Source of the DNA: Alphaproteobacteria bacterium
Lineage (GTDB): Bacteria > Pseudomonadota > Alphaproteobacteria > UBA828
Assembly: GCA_965214705.1 (NCBI GenBank)
Contig: OZ243972.1
Span: 1,056,001 to 1,120,000, forward strand
Length of the DNA: 64,000 nt
Reading direction: 5' to 3'
The notes under the pieces are model-generated. The model was not told the DNA's origin, searched no databases, and saw only the letters and a program-made list of their open reading frames with translations. Of the stretch, positions 9,688 through 19,783 are shown piece after piece (the stretch's first letter is position 1; each line of letters opens with the position of its first letter). Both the position numbers and the translations under genes were made by a program.

Positions 9688-12099
9688 TCAATATACGGCG
9701 CCCAGCCCCTCGAACGGAACCGCACCTGTTTCGAGTGCGCCGTCCAGACCCTCGGCTGCCCGCAGAGCCGCCCGCTGCGTCGGCTCGGTGCCGGGCAGGA
9801 ACGCTTCGACGATCACGTCGTCGCTGGCGGGACCCGGCAGCGCGCCGGAATCGCGCTCGACCCGCACGAAGCGGATGCCTGTGGGAACCCGGAAGGGCAC
9901 GGCCGGCTTGTCAGCCAGGGCGCCGGCAAAAAAGTCCCGCACGATCGGCGCCGCAACACGGCCGCCGGACTCCTTCCACCCCAGCGATTGCGGCTGGTCG
10001 AAGCCGACGTAGGCCGCGGCCACGAGGTCCGGGGTGAAGCCGACGAACCAGGCATCGCGGAACTCGTTGGTAGTGCCGGTCTTGCCGCCAATCGTCGCGC
10101 CCAGCTTGCGAAGCGCGCGGCCGGTGCCGCGCTGTACGGCGCCCTCCAGCATCGAGACGACCTGGTAGGTGGTGCGCGGATCGGCGATCACCGGACGCAG
10201 GTCGCGCAGGATGGGCGGCAGCTGATGATGCCATTCGCCCGGCCGGCAGTGGTCGCAATCGCGCGCGTCCCGCCGATAGACCGTGCGCCCGTTGCGGTCC
10301 TGAATGCGCTCGACGAACGCTGGCTCGATCTTGCGCCCGCCGTTGACCAGCATGGCGTAAGCGGCAGCCAAGTCGAGCGGCGTGGTCTCCATCGAACCCA
10401 GCGCGGCCGACGGCAGCTCAGGCAGGTCCTCGTAGAGCCCGAAACGCGCGGCATAGTCGCCCACGGTCTTCATGCCGATGTCCTGGGCGACGCGGAGCGT
10501 CATCAGGTTGCGCGACTCCTCAAGGCCCACCCTTAGCGTGCTCGGGCCGTAGAATCGCTCGGTGTAGTTCGCGGGCTTCCACTTGCGCAGGTGCTCGCCC
10601 TGGTCGATCACCACCGGCGCGTCGAGCACGATGGAAGCCGGCGTGTAGCCGTGATCGAGCGCCGCTAGATAGACGAACGGCTTGAAGGCAGAGCCGGGCT
10701 GGCGCCGTGCCTGGGTCGCGCGGTCGAACTCGCTGGTGGCGAAGTCGAAGCCACCGACCAGCGCCAGCACCCGTCCGGTGTGCGGATCGAGCGCCACCAG
10801 GGCGCCCGAGACCGCGGGAATCTGGCGGAGCGCATAGGAACCGTCGCGGCCCTCCACCGGCGCGACCGGAACCACGTCGCCCGCGCTCAGCACTTGGTGC
10901 GCGGCGGTGACCTCCGGTCCGAGCCGGCCCTTCCCCCGCAACGCTCGCGCCCATGTAAGGTCGTCGAGCGCGATGGCGCCCACACCGCCGTCGGCGAAGC
11001 CGATTTCCGCGCGACCGGCCTCCACGGTCAGGACCGCCGCGAGGTGCCACGGCTTCGGCACCGGCGGCAGTTCCTCGGAGCCAAGTGCCTGCCGCCAGTC
11101 ACCCGCCGGATCGACCTGCGCGAGCGGGCCGCGCCAGCCGCGGCGTTGATCGTAGGCGACGAGGCCACCCCTGAGCGCACCGTCGGCGGCCGCCTGGAGC
11201 GCCGGATCGACCGTCGTACGGACCGAGAGCCCCCCTTCGTAGAGCGTGTCGTCGCCGTAGCGCGCCTGGAGCCAGCGCCGCACCTCCTCGGCGAAATGCG
11301 GTGCCTCAACGAAGGTCTCGGGCGCCCGATCTCGGGTGCGGAGCGGCGCCTGCATCGCAGCCTCGGCGTCGGCTTCGCTCACCGCGCCGTTCGCAACCAT
11401 CTGGTTCAACACCCAGTTGCGCCGGGCCACTGCGGCCTCGTGCTTGTGCACCGGGTGATAGTTGTTCGGCGCCTTGGGCAAAGCCGCCAGATAAGCAATC
11501 TCTTCGAGCGAGAGGTCGTTGAGCGAGCGGTCGAAATAGTTGAGTGCCGCCGCCGCCACCCCGTAGGAGCCGGCGCCCAGGTAAATCTCGTTGAGATAGA
11601 GCTCGAGGATCTGGTCCTTGGTGAAGGCGTCCTCGATCCTCATGGCGAGGATGGCTTCCTTGATCTTGCGCGAGAAGGAAAGCTCGTTCGAGAGCAGGAA
11701 GTTCTTGGCCACCTGCTGGGTGACCGTGGACGCGCCGACCGGCCGGCGTTCGCCGTTGCCGACCATGTTGACGAGGTTAGTGACCACCGCGTTCGCCACG
11801 CTGATGGGATCGACCCCGAAGTGCTCGTAAAACGCCTTGTCCTCGGCGGCGAGGAAGGCCTGGACCAGCCGCTGCGGCATTGCATTGACGGGCACGAACA
11901 GCCGCTTCTCGCGGGCGTGCTCGGCGAGCAGCCGGCCGTCGCCGGCGTGCACGCGGGTCATCACCGGCGGCTCGTAGGCCGCGAGCTGGTTGTGATCCGG
12001 CAGATCCCGGCCGTAGTGGAAGAACACGAAGGCGATGGCACCGCCTGCGAGTGCCGCGAGGAGCACGAGGCTGCCGAGGACGATGCCGGCGATTTTCAT
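9688..12099 (-). CDS. mrcA: Penicillin-binding protein 1A
   Basis: N-terminal TM; AAEDKAFYEH, GASTVTQQVAKN, RKIKE transglycosylase; SAFK, SRN, KTG transpeptidase motifs. Confidence 0.95.
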   Translation of the reverse strand: MKIAGIVLGSLVLLAALAGGAIAFVFFHYGRDLPDHNQLAAYEPPVMTRVHAGDGRLLAEHAREKRLFVPVNAMPQRLVQAFLAAEDKAFYEHFGVDPISVANAVVTNLVNMVGNGERRPVGASTVTQQVAKNFLLSNELSFSRKIKEAILAMRIEDAFTKDQILELYLNEIYLGAGSYGVAAAALNYFDRSLNDLSLEEIAYLAALPKAPNNYHPVHKHEAAVARRNWVLNQMVANGAVSEADAEAAMQAPLRTRDRAPETFVEAPHFAEEVRRWLQARYGDDTLYEGGLSVRTTVDPALQAAADGALRGGLVAYDQRRGWRGPLAQVDPAGDWRQALGSEELPPVPKPWHLAAVLTVEAGRAEIGFADGGVGAIALDDLTWARALRGKGRLGPEVTAAHQVLSAGDVVPVAPVEGRDGSYALRQIPAVSGALVALDPHTGRVLALVGGFDFATSEFDRATQARRQPGSAFKPFVYLAALDHGYTPASIVLDAPVVIDQGEHLRKWKPANYTERFYGPSTLRVGLEESRNLMTLRVAQDIGMKTVGDYAARFGLYEDLPELPSAALGSMETTPLDLAAAYAMLVNGGRKIEPAFVERIQDRNGRTVYRRDARDCDHCRPGEWHHQLPPILRDLRPVIADPRTTYQVVSMLEGAVQRGTGRALRKLGATIGGKTGTTNEFRDAWFVGFTPDLVAAAYVGFDQPQSLGWKESGGRVAAPIVRDFFAGALADKPAVPFRVPTGIRFVRVERDSGALPGPASDDVIVEAFLPGTEPTQRAALRAAEGLDGALETGAVPFEGLGAVY

Positions 12100-12230
12100 C
12101 TTTGGGCAGGCCGGACGGTCAGTGGAGTCGCGTTCGCCTCAGCGTAGCACCGATCGACCGGTGTCGGGACGGTGATGCCGGTGCGTACCCTCCTATCGGG
12201 CGCCAAACTTGAGGCGAGACTGCGGCGGAA

Positions 12231-13469
12231 TTAGCACGGCTCGCGAAAGTAGGTGTCGAGTGCCTTGACGATCGCGCCTGCCAAATCGCGCCGGTGACTC
12301 TCGATCTGCAGCCGTTCCGCGTCCTGATCGTTGGAGAGGAATCCGAGCTCGACCAACACCGAGGGGATGTCCGGCGCCTTGAGGACGCGGAAGTTGCCGA
12401 AGCGGTGCGGGCGGCTGATCAACGGCGCCACGCGGCCGAGCTCCGGCAGCAGCGTCGCCGCCAGCACCGCCGAGCAGTTCATCGTGTTCTGCTGGACCAT
12501 CGAAATCAGCACCTTGGTCACGTCTTCGTCGTAGCCCTCGGAGAGATCGACGTCGGCGACGATGTCCGCCTTGTTCTCGCGCGCAGCGAGCTCGGCGGTC
12601 TCCACGTCCGACGCCTCGTCCGAAAGCGTGTAGACCGAGGCACCCTGCACCTCGCGGTTATTCAATCGGTCGAGGTGGATGGAGAGGAAGAGATCGGCTT
12701 CGGCCTCGCGGGCGATTTCGACCCGGCGGTGCAGCCCGACCTTGTGGTCGCCATCGCGGGTCATCACCGCCTGGTAGCGGCCGGATGCTTCAAGCGCCGC
12801 CCGCAGCTCGCGCGAGAACACCAATGCCAGCACCTTTTCCCGCAGGCCGTTGGTCGCGATTGCGCCAGGGTCACGCCCGCCGTGGCCGGCGTCAATCGCG
12901 ATCAGATGGCGTACACGCTTGGGCGCCGGCTTGAGCGGCGGCAAAGGCACGGGCTCGGCTGGGGGCGCTCGACGTGCCTGCGTGGCCGGCTCAGAGAGGC
13001 GAGACGGCCGAGCCGTGGCCCGAAACGCCGACTGCGATACCGGAACGAGATCCAGGATCAGCCGGTGAGAAACTGGGGTGTCCGCTCCCTGATCCAACAA
13101 CTCTGCCCGCCGCACGGCGAGCGGCTGATTGAGGTCGAGCACGATGCGGGCAACATCCGGCCGAAACTGACCGAAGCGCAGCTGTGCCACGCCGGCGCGT
13201 CCGATGGCTTGGGTTCCCTCCCCCGCGCCCCAGCTTGCCGCCGTCAGGTCGATCACCAGGCGGTCGGGATTGGCGAGGGAAAAAACACTGAACTCCACCG
13301 GCTCCGTGAGGTCCACGACCAGCCGGGTCATGTCGGCGTACTTGCCGACCCGAACGTCCGTGACGGAGGGTGCGGCCTGCGCGCCAACAGTGAGGACTGC
13401 AGCCAGCAATGATGCGAGAGCCGCCACCGCGACCCGGCGCCGCCTAATCACCCCGCTGCTCCGCCCCAT
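12231..13469 (-). CDS. amiC: N-acetylmuramoyl-L-alanine amidase (AMIN + Amidase_3)
   Basis: Signal peptide, DRLVIDL AMIN region, IDAGHGGRDPGA, SIH, LVELGFLSN; start approximate. Confidence 0.9.
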   Translation of the reverse strand: MGRSSGVIRRRRVAVAALASLLAAVLTVGAQAAPSVTDVRVGKYADMTRLVVDLTEPVEFSVFSLANPDRLVIDLTAASWGAGEGTQAIGRAGVAQLRFGQFRPDVARIVLDLNQPLAVRRAELLDQGADTPVSHRLILDLVPVSQSAFRATARPSRLSEPATQARRAPPAEPVPLPPLKPAPKRVRHLIAIDAGHGGRDPGAIATNGLREKVLALVFSRELRAALEASGRYQAVMTRDGDHKVGLHRRVEIAREAEADLFLSIHLDRLNNREVQGASVYTLSDEASDVETAELAARENKADIVADVDLSEGYDEDVTKVLISMVQQNTMNCSAVLAATLLPELGRVAPLISRPHRFGNFRVLKAPDIPSVLVELGFLSNDQDAERLQIESHRRDLAGAIVKALDTYFREPC

Positions 13470-13593
13470 GCCGGCAACTGTCCCTCCTCGTACCGGCAAT
13501 CGCGCCCCTTCATACAGTTTGGCCTCGAGTCTGGGCAACGCCGGACGCTTCGGCGGTCGTGCTATTCTCATTGTGCCAAGGAGGAGCGACGAC

Positions 13594-14364
13594 ATGGCGC
13601 GAAACGGGAGTGCGACGACGACACGCAAGCCGCGCCGCTCGCGCGCCGAGAGTCGCGCGCGGCGGGAACTCGCCGCCTGCTATCGCATGTTCTATCGGCG
13701 CGGCATGGACGACCTGATCTACACCCACCTCTCGGTGCGCATTTCCGATCGGCGTGATCGCTACCTTTTCATCGGCTTCGGCCAGCTCTTCGACGAGGTG
13801 ACCGCATCGAGCCTCATGACCGTCGACATCGAGGGCAACAACGTCGGCCGGACGCCCGGCGAGGTCAACCCGTCGGGCTGGGTGGTGCACCGGACCGTCT
13901 TCGAGGCGGTGCCGGAGGCTGAGAGCGTGATGCACCTCCACACGGTGCCGGGCGTCGCCGTCTCGGCGCAGAAGGACGGGCTGCTGCCGATCAACCAGTT
14001 CGCGATCACCCATGCCGGCCAGATCGCCTATCACGACTACGACGGTCCCGGCCTCCGGCCCGCCGAGCAGAAGACCCTGGTCCGCGACCTCGGCGACAGG
14101 CGCATGATGCTCCTGCGCAACCACGGTACGCTGACCTGGGGCCGCTCCATCGCCGAGGCTTTCACCTTGATGCACTACCTGGAGCGCACTTGCGAGATTC
14201 AGATCGCGGCCCAGGCCGGCGGCCCACCGGTACTGCCGTCGAAGTCGGTCATCGAACGCACGGCGGCGATCGGTCAGGGAACCGGCAACGTGGAATGGGC
14301 CAGGATCGGCTTTGAGGCGCTGCTGCGCCGCCTGGACCGGGAGGACCCCTCCTACCGTCGCTAG
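13594..14364 (+). CDS. Class II aldolase/adducin family protein
   Basis: DDLIYTHLSVR, VHR, MHLHT, LLRNHGTLTWG; ATG after AGGAGGAG. Confidence 0.9.
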   Translation: MARNGSATTTRKPRRSRAESRARRELAACYRMFYRRGMDDLIYTHLSVRISDRRDRYLFIGFGQLFDEVTASSLMTVDIEGNNVGRTPGEVNPSGWVVHRTVFEAVPEAESVMHLHTVPGVAVSAQKDGLLPINQFAITHAGQIAYHDYDGPGLRPAEQKTLVRDLGDRRMMLLRNHGTLTWGRSIAEAFTLMHYLERTCEIQIAAQAGGPPVLPSKSVIERTAAIGQGTGNVEWARIGFEALLRRLDREDPSYRR

Positions 14365-14395
14365 TGTTTGGCGGCCTCCGCGCTATAGTGAAGGC

Positions 14396-15790
14396 ATGGC
14401 TACGGTATTGAAGAACACGGACACACGGAGCGCGGTGGACGAGCTTGCCGCGCTCCTGGGCGACCGGCTCTCGACCTCGCGCGCGGTGTGCGAGCACCAC
14501 GCGACCGGCGAGACCTACCACGCGCCGCGCCCGCCGGATGCGGTGGTCTTCCCCGAAACGACGGAGGAAGTCGCCGAGATCGTCCGCATCTGCGCGACTC
14601 ACGGCGTGCCCATGGTCCCGTACGGAGTGGGCACTTCGGTCGAAGGCAACGTCTGCGCGCTGGAGGGTGGAGTCACCCTCGACATGGGGCGGATGAACAA
14701 GGTCCTCCGAGTGAGCCAGGAGGACCTCGACGTCACGGTCCAGGCCGGGGTCACGCGCAAGCAGCTCAACACCCACCTGCGCGATACCGGACTGTTCTTC
14801 CCCATCGATCCGGGCGCGGATGCGACCCTCGGCGGCATGACCGCGACGCGCGCCTCCGGCACCAATGCCGTGCGTTACGGCACGCTGAAGGAGAACGTGC
14901 TCGGCCTCACGGTGGTGCTGCCCGATGGGCAGATCATTACGACCGGCGGGCGCGCCCGCAAGTCGGCGGCTGGCTACGACCTGACTCGGCTGTTCGTGGG
15001 CTCCGAGGGGACGCTCGGTGTGATGACCGAGATCACGCTCAAGCTCTACGGCATCCCCGAGGCGATCTCGGCGGCGGTGTGTTCCTTCCCCTCGCTGGAG
15101 GCGGCGGTCAACACGGTGATCCTGACCATCCAGTCGGGCATCCCAATCGCCCGCGTGGAGCTGCTCGACGATATCCAGATGGACGCCTGCAACAAGTTCT
15201 CGAAGCTCGACTACGCGCCGAAGGACACGCTCTTCTTCGAGTTCCACGGCACTGAGCAGGGTGTCGCCGAGCAGGTGGAGCAGGTGCGCGAAATCGTCGA
15301 GGAGTTCGGCGGCTCAGACTTCCGCTGGGCGAGCAAGGCGGAGGATCGGAACGCGCTCTGGCAGGCGCGGCACGATGTCTATTACGCATGCCTCGCGCTG
15401 CAACCCGGAAAGTCGGGCTGGGCGACCGATGTGTGCGTGCCGATTTCGCGCCTCGCCGAATGCCTGATCGAGACCAAGGAGGAACTCGATGCCTCGCCCC
15501 TGCTCGCGCCGATCGTCGGCCACGTAGGGGATGGCAACTTCCACGTTTGCTTCCTGATCGATCCGGACGATCCGGCCGAGATGGCCGAGGCCAAGCGCCT
15601 CAACGAGAGCATGATCGACCGCGCGCTCGCCATGGGCGGCACCAGCACGGGCGAGCACGGCATCGGTTGCGGCAAGCTCGACTATCTGGAGGCCGAGCAC
15701 GGCGCAGGTGCGGTCGACCTGATGCGCACGATCAAGCGCTCGTTCGACCCCCACAACCTGATGAATCCGGGGAAGGTGGTCGTCGTCTGA
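14396..15790 (+). CDS. FAD-linked oxidase, D-lactate dehydrogenase/GlcD family
   Basis: PDAVVFP, GTSVEG, PIDPGADATLGGM, GSEGTLG, GHVGDGNFH, GEHGIG, NPGK. Confidence 0.9.
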   Translation: MATVLKNTDTRSAVDELAALLGDRLSTSRAVCEHHATGETYHAPRPPDAVVFPETTEEVAEIVRICATHGVPMVPYGVGTSVEGNVCALEGGVTLDMGRMNKVLRVSQEDLDVTVQAGVTRKQLNTHLRDTGLFFPIDPGADATLGGMTATRASGTNAVRYGTLKENVLGLTVVLPDGQIITTGGRARKSAAGYDLTRLFVGSEGTLGVMTEITLKLYGIPEAISAAVCSFPSLEAAVNTVILTIQSGIPIARVELLDDIQMDACNKFSKLDYAPKDTLFFEFHGTEQGVAEQVEQVREIVEEFGGSDFRWASKAEDRNALWQARHDVYYACLALQPGKSGWATDVCVPISRLAECLIETKEELDASPLLAPIVGHVGDGNFHVCFLIDPDDPAEMAEAKRLNESMIDRALAMGGTSTGEHGIGCGKLDYLEAEHGAGAVDLMRTIKRSFDPHNLMNPGKVVVV

Positions 15791-15895
15791 TCGCGAGCCC
15801 CCGCGCGCGGCCCTGGGGGCGCAGGTCGCGCTCCTTTCAGAGAGCACCGAACAGCATTAGCTAAGGAGGGCACGGTCGCTGGAGGCAGGCACGCC

Positions 15896-17257
15896 TCAAT
15901 CGAGCATCGTGCGCGGCAGCCACATGGCGATCTCGGGGAAGGCGATCACCAGCCCGAGCCCGATGAGCTGCAGGATCACGAAGGGGATGATCCCGCGATA
16001 AATCTGCTGAATGCGCACTTCGGGCGGGGCCACGCCCTTCATGTAGAAGAGGGCAAAGCCGAAGGGCGGTGTCAGGAACGAGGTCTGCAGGTTCACCGCC
16101 ATCAGAATCGAGAACCAGTAGACCACCTCGAGCTTGGGCACGTGGTCGCCGAAGTCGAGTCCGGCCAGGATCGGTGCGAACACCGGCAACACGATCAGCG
16201 TGATCTCGATCCAGTCGAAGAAGAACCCCAGGAGAAAGGTCACGATCATCAGGATGAAGAGAATTCCCCAGGGGCCGACGCCGACGGAATAGACCAAGTC
16301 CTCGATCAGCTGATCGCCGCCGAGCGAGCGGAAGACGTAGGAGAACGCCGTCGCGCCGACGAAAATGAAGAACAGCATGCCGTTGGTGAGCGCCGTGCGT
16401 TCGACCACGTCCCGCAGCACCTTCCACGTGAGCTTGCGGTTGATGACCGCCAGCAGGACCGCGCCGAAGGCGCCGACACCCGCCGCCTCAGTCGGCGTCG
16501 CCCAGCCGAGCACGATCGAGCCCAGCACCAGCAGAATGAGGAAGACCGCCGGGATGAAGCCCCGCAGCAGCAGGAAGATCAGCTCACGCGTGCTTTTGGG
16601 CCCCATGTCCTTCGGTAGTGGAGGCGCGAGGTGGGGCTTAAACCGGCACAGCGTCAGTATGTAGATGAAGTAGAGGCCCGCCAGCATCAGGCCCGGGAAC
16701 ACCGCCGCGACGAAGAGCGTGCCGACGGAGCGGCCCAGCAGGTCCGCCATGATCACCAGCATGATGCTGGGCGGTATCAGGATGCCGAGCGTGCCCGACG
16801 ACGCGATCGTGCCGGTGGCGAGCTCCATGTTGTACTTGCGCTGCAGCATGACCGGCAGCGCCATGAGGCTGATCATCACCACCGAGGCGCCGATGATGCC
16901 GGTGGTGGCGGCGAGGATGGTGCCCATCACCGTGACCGCGAGCGCGAGCCCGCCTGGCGTCCGCCTTAACAGGACCTGGAGGCAATAGAGCAGGTCGGCG
17001 GCGACGCCGGATCGCTCCAGCATCGTGCCCATGAAGATGAACATGGGGATCGCCACCAGCACCAAATTGTCGCCGATACCCCAGATGCGGAGCGGCAGGT
17101 TGAAGAACTGGATGACATGGAAGACGTCGAGGGCGGCCCCCAGAAAACCGAAGGCCAGCGCCACGCCGCCGAGGACAAATCCGACAGGGAAGCCCGAGAA
17201 CAACAGGATCGCCAGCGCGCCGAACATGAACGCCGGCAGATAGTCCTCGATGTACAT
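15896..17257 (-). CDS. dctM: TRAP transporter large permease
   Basis: AIPMFIFMG, GTLGILIPPSI, ATPTEAA, QTSFLTPPFG. Confidence 0.93.
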   Translation of the reverse strand: MYIEDYLPAFMFGALAILLFSGFPVGFVLGGVALAFGFLGAALDVFHVIQFFNLPLRIWGIGDNLVLVAIPMFIFMGTMLERSGVAADLLYCLQVLLRRTPGGLALAVTVMGTILAATTGIIGASVVMISLMALPVMLQRKYNMELATGTIASSGTLGILIPPSIMLVIMADLLGRSVGTLFVAAVFPGLMLAGLYFIYILTLCRFKPHLAPPLPKDMGPKSTRELIFLLLRGFIPAVFLILLVLGSIVLGWATPTEAAGVGAFGAVLLAVINRKLTWKVLRDVVERTALTNGMLFFIFVGATAFSYVFRSLGGDQLIEDLVYSVGVGPWGILFILMIVTFLLGFFFDWIEITLIVLPVFAPILAGLDFGDHVPKLEVVYWFSILMAVNLQTSFLTPPFGFALFYMKGVAPPEVRIQQIYRGIIPFVILQLIGLGLVIAFPEIAMWLPRTMLD

Positions 17258-17260
17258 GCC

Positions 17261-17848
17261 CTACTGCTCCCGGCCCGGCGTGGTGGGCTCGGGACGTTCC
17301 GGCACTTTCGTACTGTCGTCGCTCAAGGCGCGACGGTGTTCGGGGGAGCCGAAGAGTTCGATGAACTTGCGCAGCAGCACCGCGACCGCGGCGAAACCCA
17401 GGAAGAGCATCCCGGCCGGCAGGAAACCCTTGATCGCCCAGCGGTAGGGCAGGCCGGTCGCGGAGTCCGAGGCCTCGTTCAGATTCCAGGAGCGCTCCAC
17501 GAAATCCATCGCGAAGTAGAAGACGATGGCGCAGTAGGGAATGGCGAAGACCAGGCAGCCGATGAACTCGATCCAGCGCTGCGTCGTGGGGCTGAAGCGC
17601 TCGTGCACCAGGCTGATTCGGACATGGGCGTTCTTAAGGTAGGCGAAGCCGAGGCAGAGCAGGAACAGCACCGCGTGCAGGTGCCATTCGCCTTCCTGCA
17701 ACTTGGTCGAACCCAGCACCAGGAAGCGGCGGGTGATGACGTCGAAGATGATGATGATCATCAGCGGTACCGAGATCCAGGCGCCAATGCGCCCGACCCA
17801 GGTCGCCACCGAATTGAGGACCGCCTCAATCCTCAGGAGATATCGCAT
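17261..17848 (-). CDS. dctQ: TRAP transporter small permease
   Basis: Four TM segments, QEGEWHL, HVRI; upstream of dctM. Confidence 0.88.
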   Translation of the reverse strand: MRYLLRIEAVLNSVATWVGRIGAWISVPLMIIIIFDVITRRFLVLGSTKLQEGEWHLHAVLFLLCLGFAYLKNAHVRISLVHERFSPTTQRWIEFIGCLVFAIPYCAIVFYFAMDFVERSWNLNEASDSATGLPYRWAIKGFLPAGMLFLGFAAVAVLLRKFIELFGSPEHRRALSDDSTKVPERPEPTTPGREQ

Positions 17849-17886
17849 GCAATCCGTTACCGCCGCCCAGCCGAGACAATAGGGGA

Positions 17887-17961
17887 GCGCCGGAGCGTGG
17901 TCTACACCCGCTCCGGCGCCCCTTGGCTAAGGAGAAGCCGTGCGCTGCCGCGCACGGCTTC
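17887..17961. terminator. Two GC-rich hairpins between dctP and dctQ (partial terminator or mRNA stabiliser)
   Basis: GCGCCGGAGCG/CGCTCCGGCGC (17887-17919) and GAAGCCGTGCGC/GCGCACGGCTTC (17934-17961). Confidence 0.5.
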
Positions 17962-17970
17962 AGATCGGAC

Positions 17971-18698
17971 CTAGTTCAGGTAACCGAGATCGGCCCAGAC
18001 CGCATACTCGGCACGATAAGCCTGATAGGACTCCCAGACCTTGGCGAAGTTCGCGTCGCGCGCCGCATCCTCGGCCGCGACCTCGTTCCACTTCTCCTCC
18101 AACGTATCCAGGATTTCCTGCGGCCAACGATGGATCGTGACGCCCTTCTCCTGGAGCTCAGCCAGCGCCCTGCCCTGGATCGCTTCGCCCTCGGCCAGCC
18201 CTTCGCGGAAGGCATCGCCGCAGGCGACCTCGATCTGCGCCTGCTGGGTGTCGCTCAGCGCATCCCAGGCTGCCCGGTTCAGGAGCAGCTCGAACACCGT
18301 CGACTGCTGGTGCCAGCCGGGGAAGTAGTAGTGCTTGGCGACCTGATAGAAGCCGAGATTGAGGTCAATCGCTGGCATAGAATATTCGGTCGCGTCGATG
18401 GAGCCGCGTTCCAACGCCGGGAAGATATCGCCACCGGCGATGAGCTGGGTAGAGACGCCTATCTTCTCCGCGCGTTGGGCTCGAAGAACTTGATCTGAAT
18501 GTTACCGCCGGAGATGCGGTCCAGGCGGTCCACCATGCTTTTGCCGAGCGTGCCGAGCTGGGTCAGGTTGCTGGGAAACCAGCTAGCCATATTCCAGCGC
18601 ACGCGCTCGTCCTCGGCCTGGGCGAGGCCCGCCGTAAGAATCGCGGCGCTCAACACGCCGGCAGCAAGGCCGGCCTTGATCGACTTGCCAATGTTCAT
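17971..18698 (-). pseudogene. dctP: TRAP substrate-binding protein with internal deletion and frameshift
   Basis: Signal peptide and RWNMASWFP...IKFFEPNA join out of frame near 18470 to EKIGVSTQLIAGGDIFPALERGSIDATE...PGWHQ; only 728 nt in total. Confidence 0.85.
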
Positions 18699-18874
18699 TG
18701 CGTGCTCCCTCCAATCGTTTCGGTGCGCCCTGCAGAAGCGCATCGGCAGCATCCTGACTTAAGGTCCCGGCAACTTTGACCGGGGCGGCGGCGCCCGGTG
18801 TCGCGCCCTGGCGTCCGCCAAACCGCCACGCTAGAACAGGTGCACGGGCACGGCAAGCACCTCGGGAGCGAGCC

Positions 18875-19639
18875 TTGATCTATGTCAACCGGGTCGCCGT
18901 TGTCACCGGCGGGGCCAGCGGCATCGGTCGCGAGGTCGCGCGCGCATTGGCCGCACGCGGCGCGGCGGTCGCCGTCGCCGATCTTAACCTGGAGGGAGCC
19001 CGAGACGTCGCCGCAGCGTTAGCCGGTGACGGAGCACGGGCGGAGGCCATCGCCGTCGACGTCAGCCAGCCTGTACAGGCCGACGCGATGGTCGCTCGGG
19101 CGATAGAGGCATTCGGCAAGGTTGACATCCTGGTGCACAGCGCAGGCGTGGGCGTGGAGCGGAGCTTCCTCGACACCACGCCGGAGGAATGGCAGCGCAT
19201 CCTCGATATCGACCTCTCGGGCACGTTCTATTGCGGGCAGGCGGCGGCGCGGCACATGGTGGAGCGCGGCTACGGCCGTATCGTCAATCTCGCGTCGACC
19301 GCCGGCGTGCGCGGCGGCACCGGGCGTGCGGCCTACGGCACCGCCAAGGGCGGCGTCATCGCGCTCACCAAAGTGATGGCAGTCGAGCTCGCGCCTTACG
19401 GCATTACTGTGAACGCGCTCGCGCCGGGCGCGATCGAAACCGAGCTGGTGGCCAAGATGCACTCGGCGGAGACGCGCACGGTCTACCGCGCCGGCATCCC
19501 GCTCGACCGCTATGGCACGCCGGAGGAGACGGCCACTGCGGCACTCTTCCTCGCGAGCGAGGAAGCCCGCTACGTCACCGGCCACGTGCTCGCGGTCGAC
19601 GGGGGCTTCCTCGCGGCCGGCGTGATGCATCGTCGTTAG
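18875..19639 (+). CDS. SDR family oxidoreductase
   Basis: TGGASGIG, YGTAK, VNALAPG, VDGG; probable TTG start after GGGAG. Confidence 0.9.
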   Translation: MIYVNRVAVVTGGASGIGREVARALAARGAAVAVADLNLEGARDVAAALAGDGARAEAIAVDVSQPVQADAMVARAIEAFGKVDILVHSAGVGVERSFLDTTPEEWQRILDIDLSGTFYCGQAAARHMVERGYGRIVNLASTAGVRGGTGRAAYGTAKGGVIALTKVMAVELAPYGITVNALAPGAIETELVAKMHSAETRTVYRAGIPLDRYGTPEETATAALFLASEEARYVTGHVLAVDGGFLAAGVMHRR

Positions 19640-19675
19640 ACGTAAGTCCAAGTCTGGAATCGCTCCAGTAATTTA

Positions 19676-19780
19676 TCGCTCACGGCAGCCAGCCTACGGC
19701 CGGCGCCTCCGCGAGGGCGCCGCTGACGCGGCGGGCCGCGGTCGCGACCTATGGCACGTCCGTCTTCGACGGACGCGCTC
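19676..19780. repeat. 105-bp multi-hairpin dispersed repeat, copy 1
   Basis: Gapless match to 22441-22545 and 29689-29793. Confidence 0.9.
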
Positions 19781-19783
19781 TGG

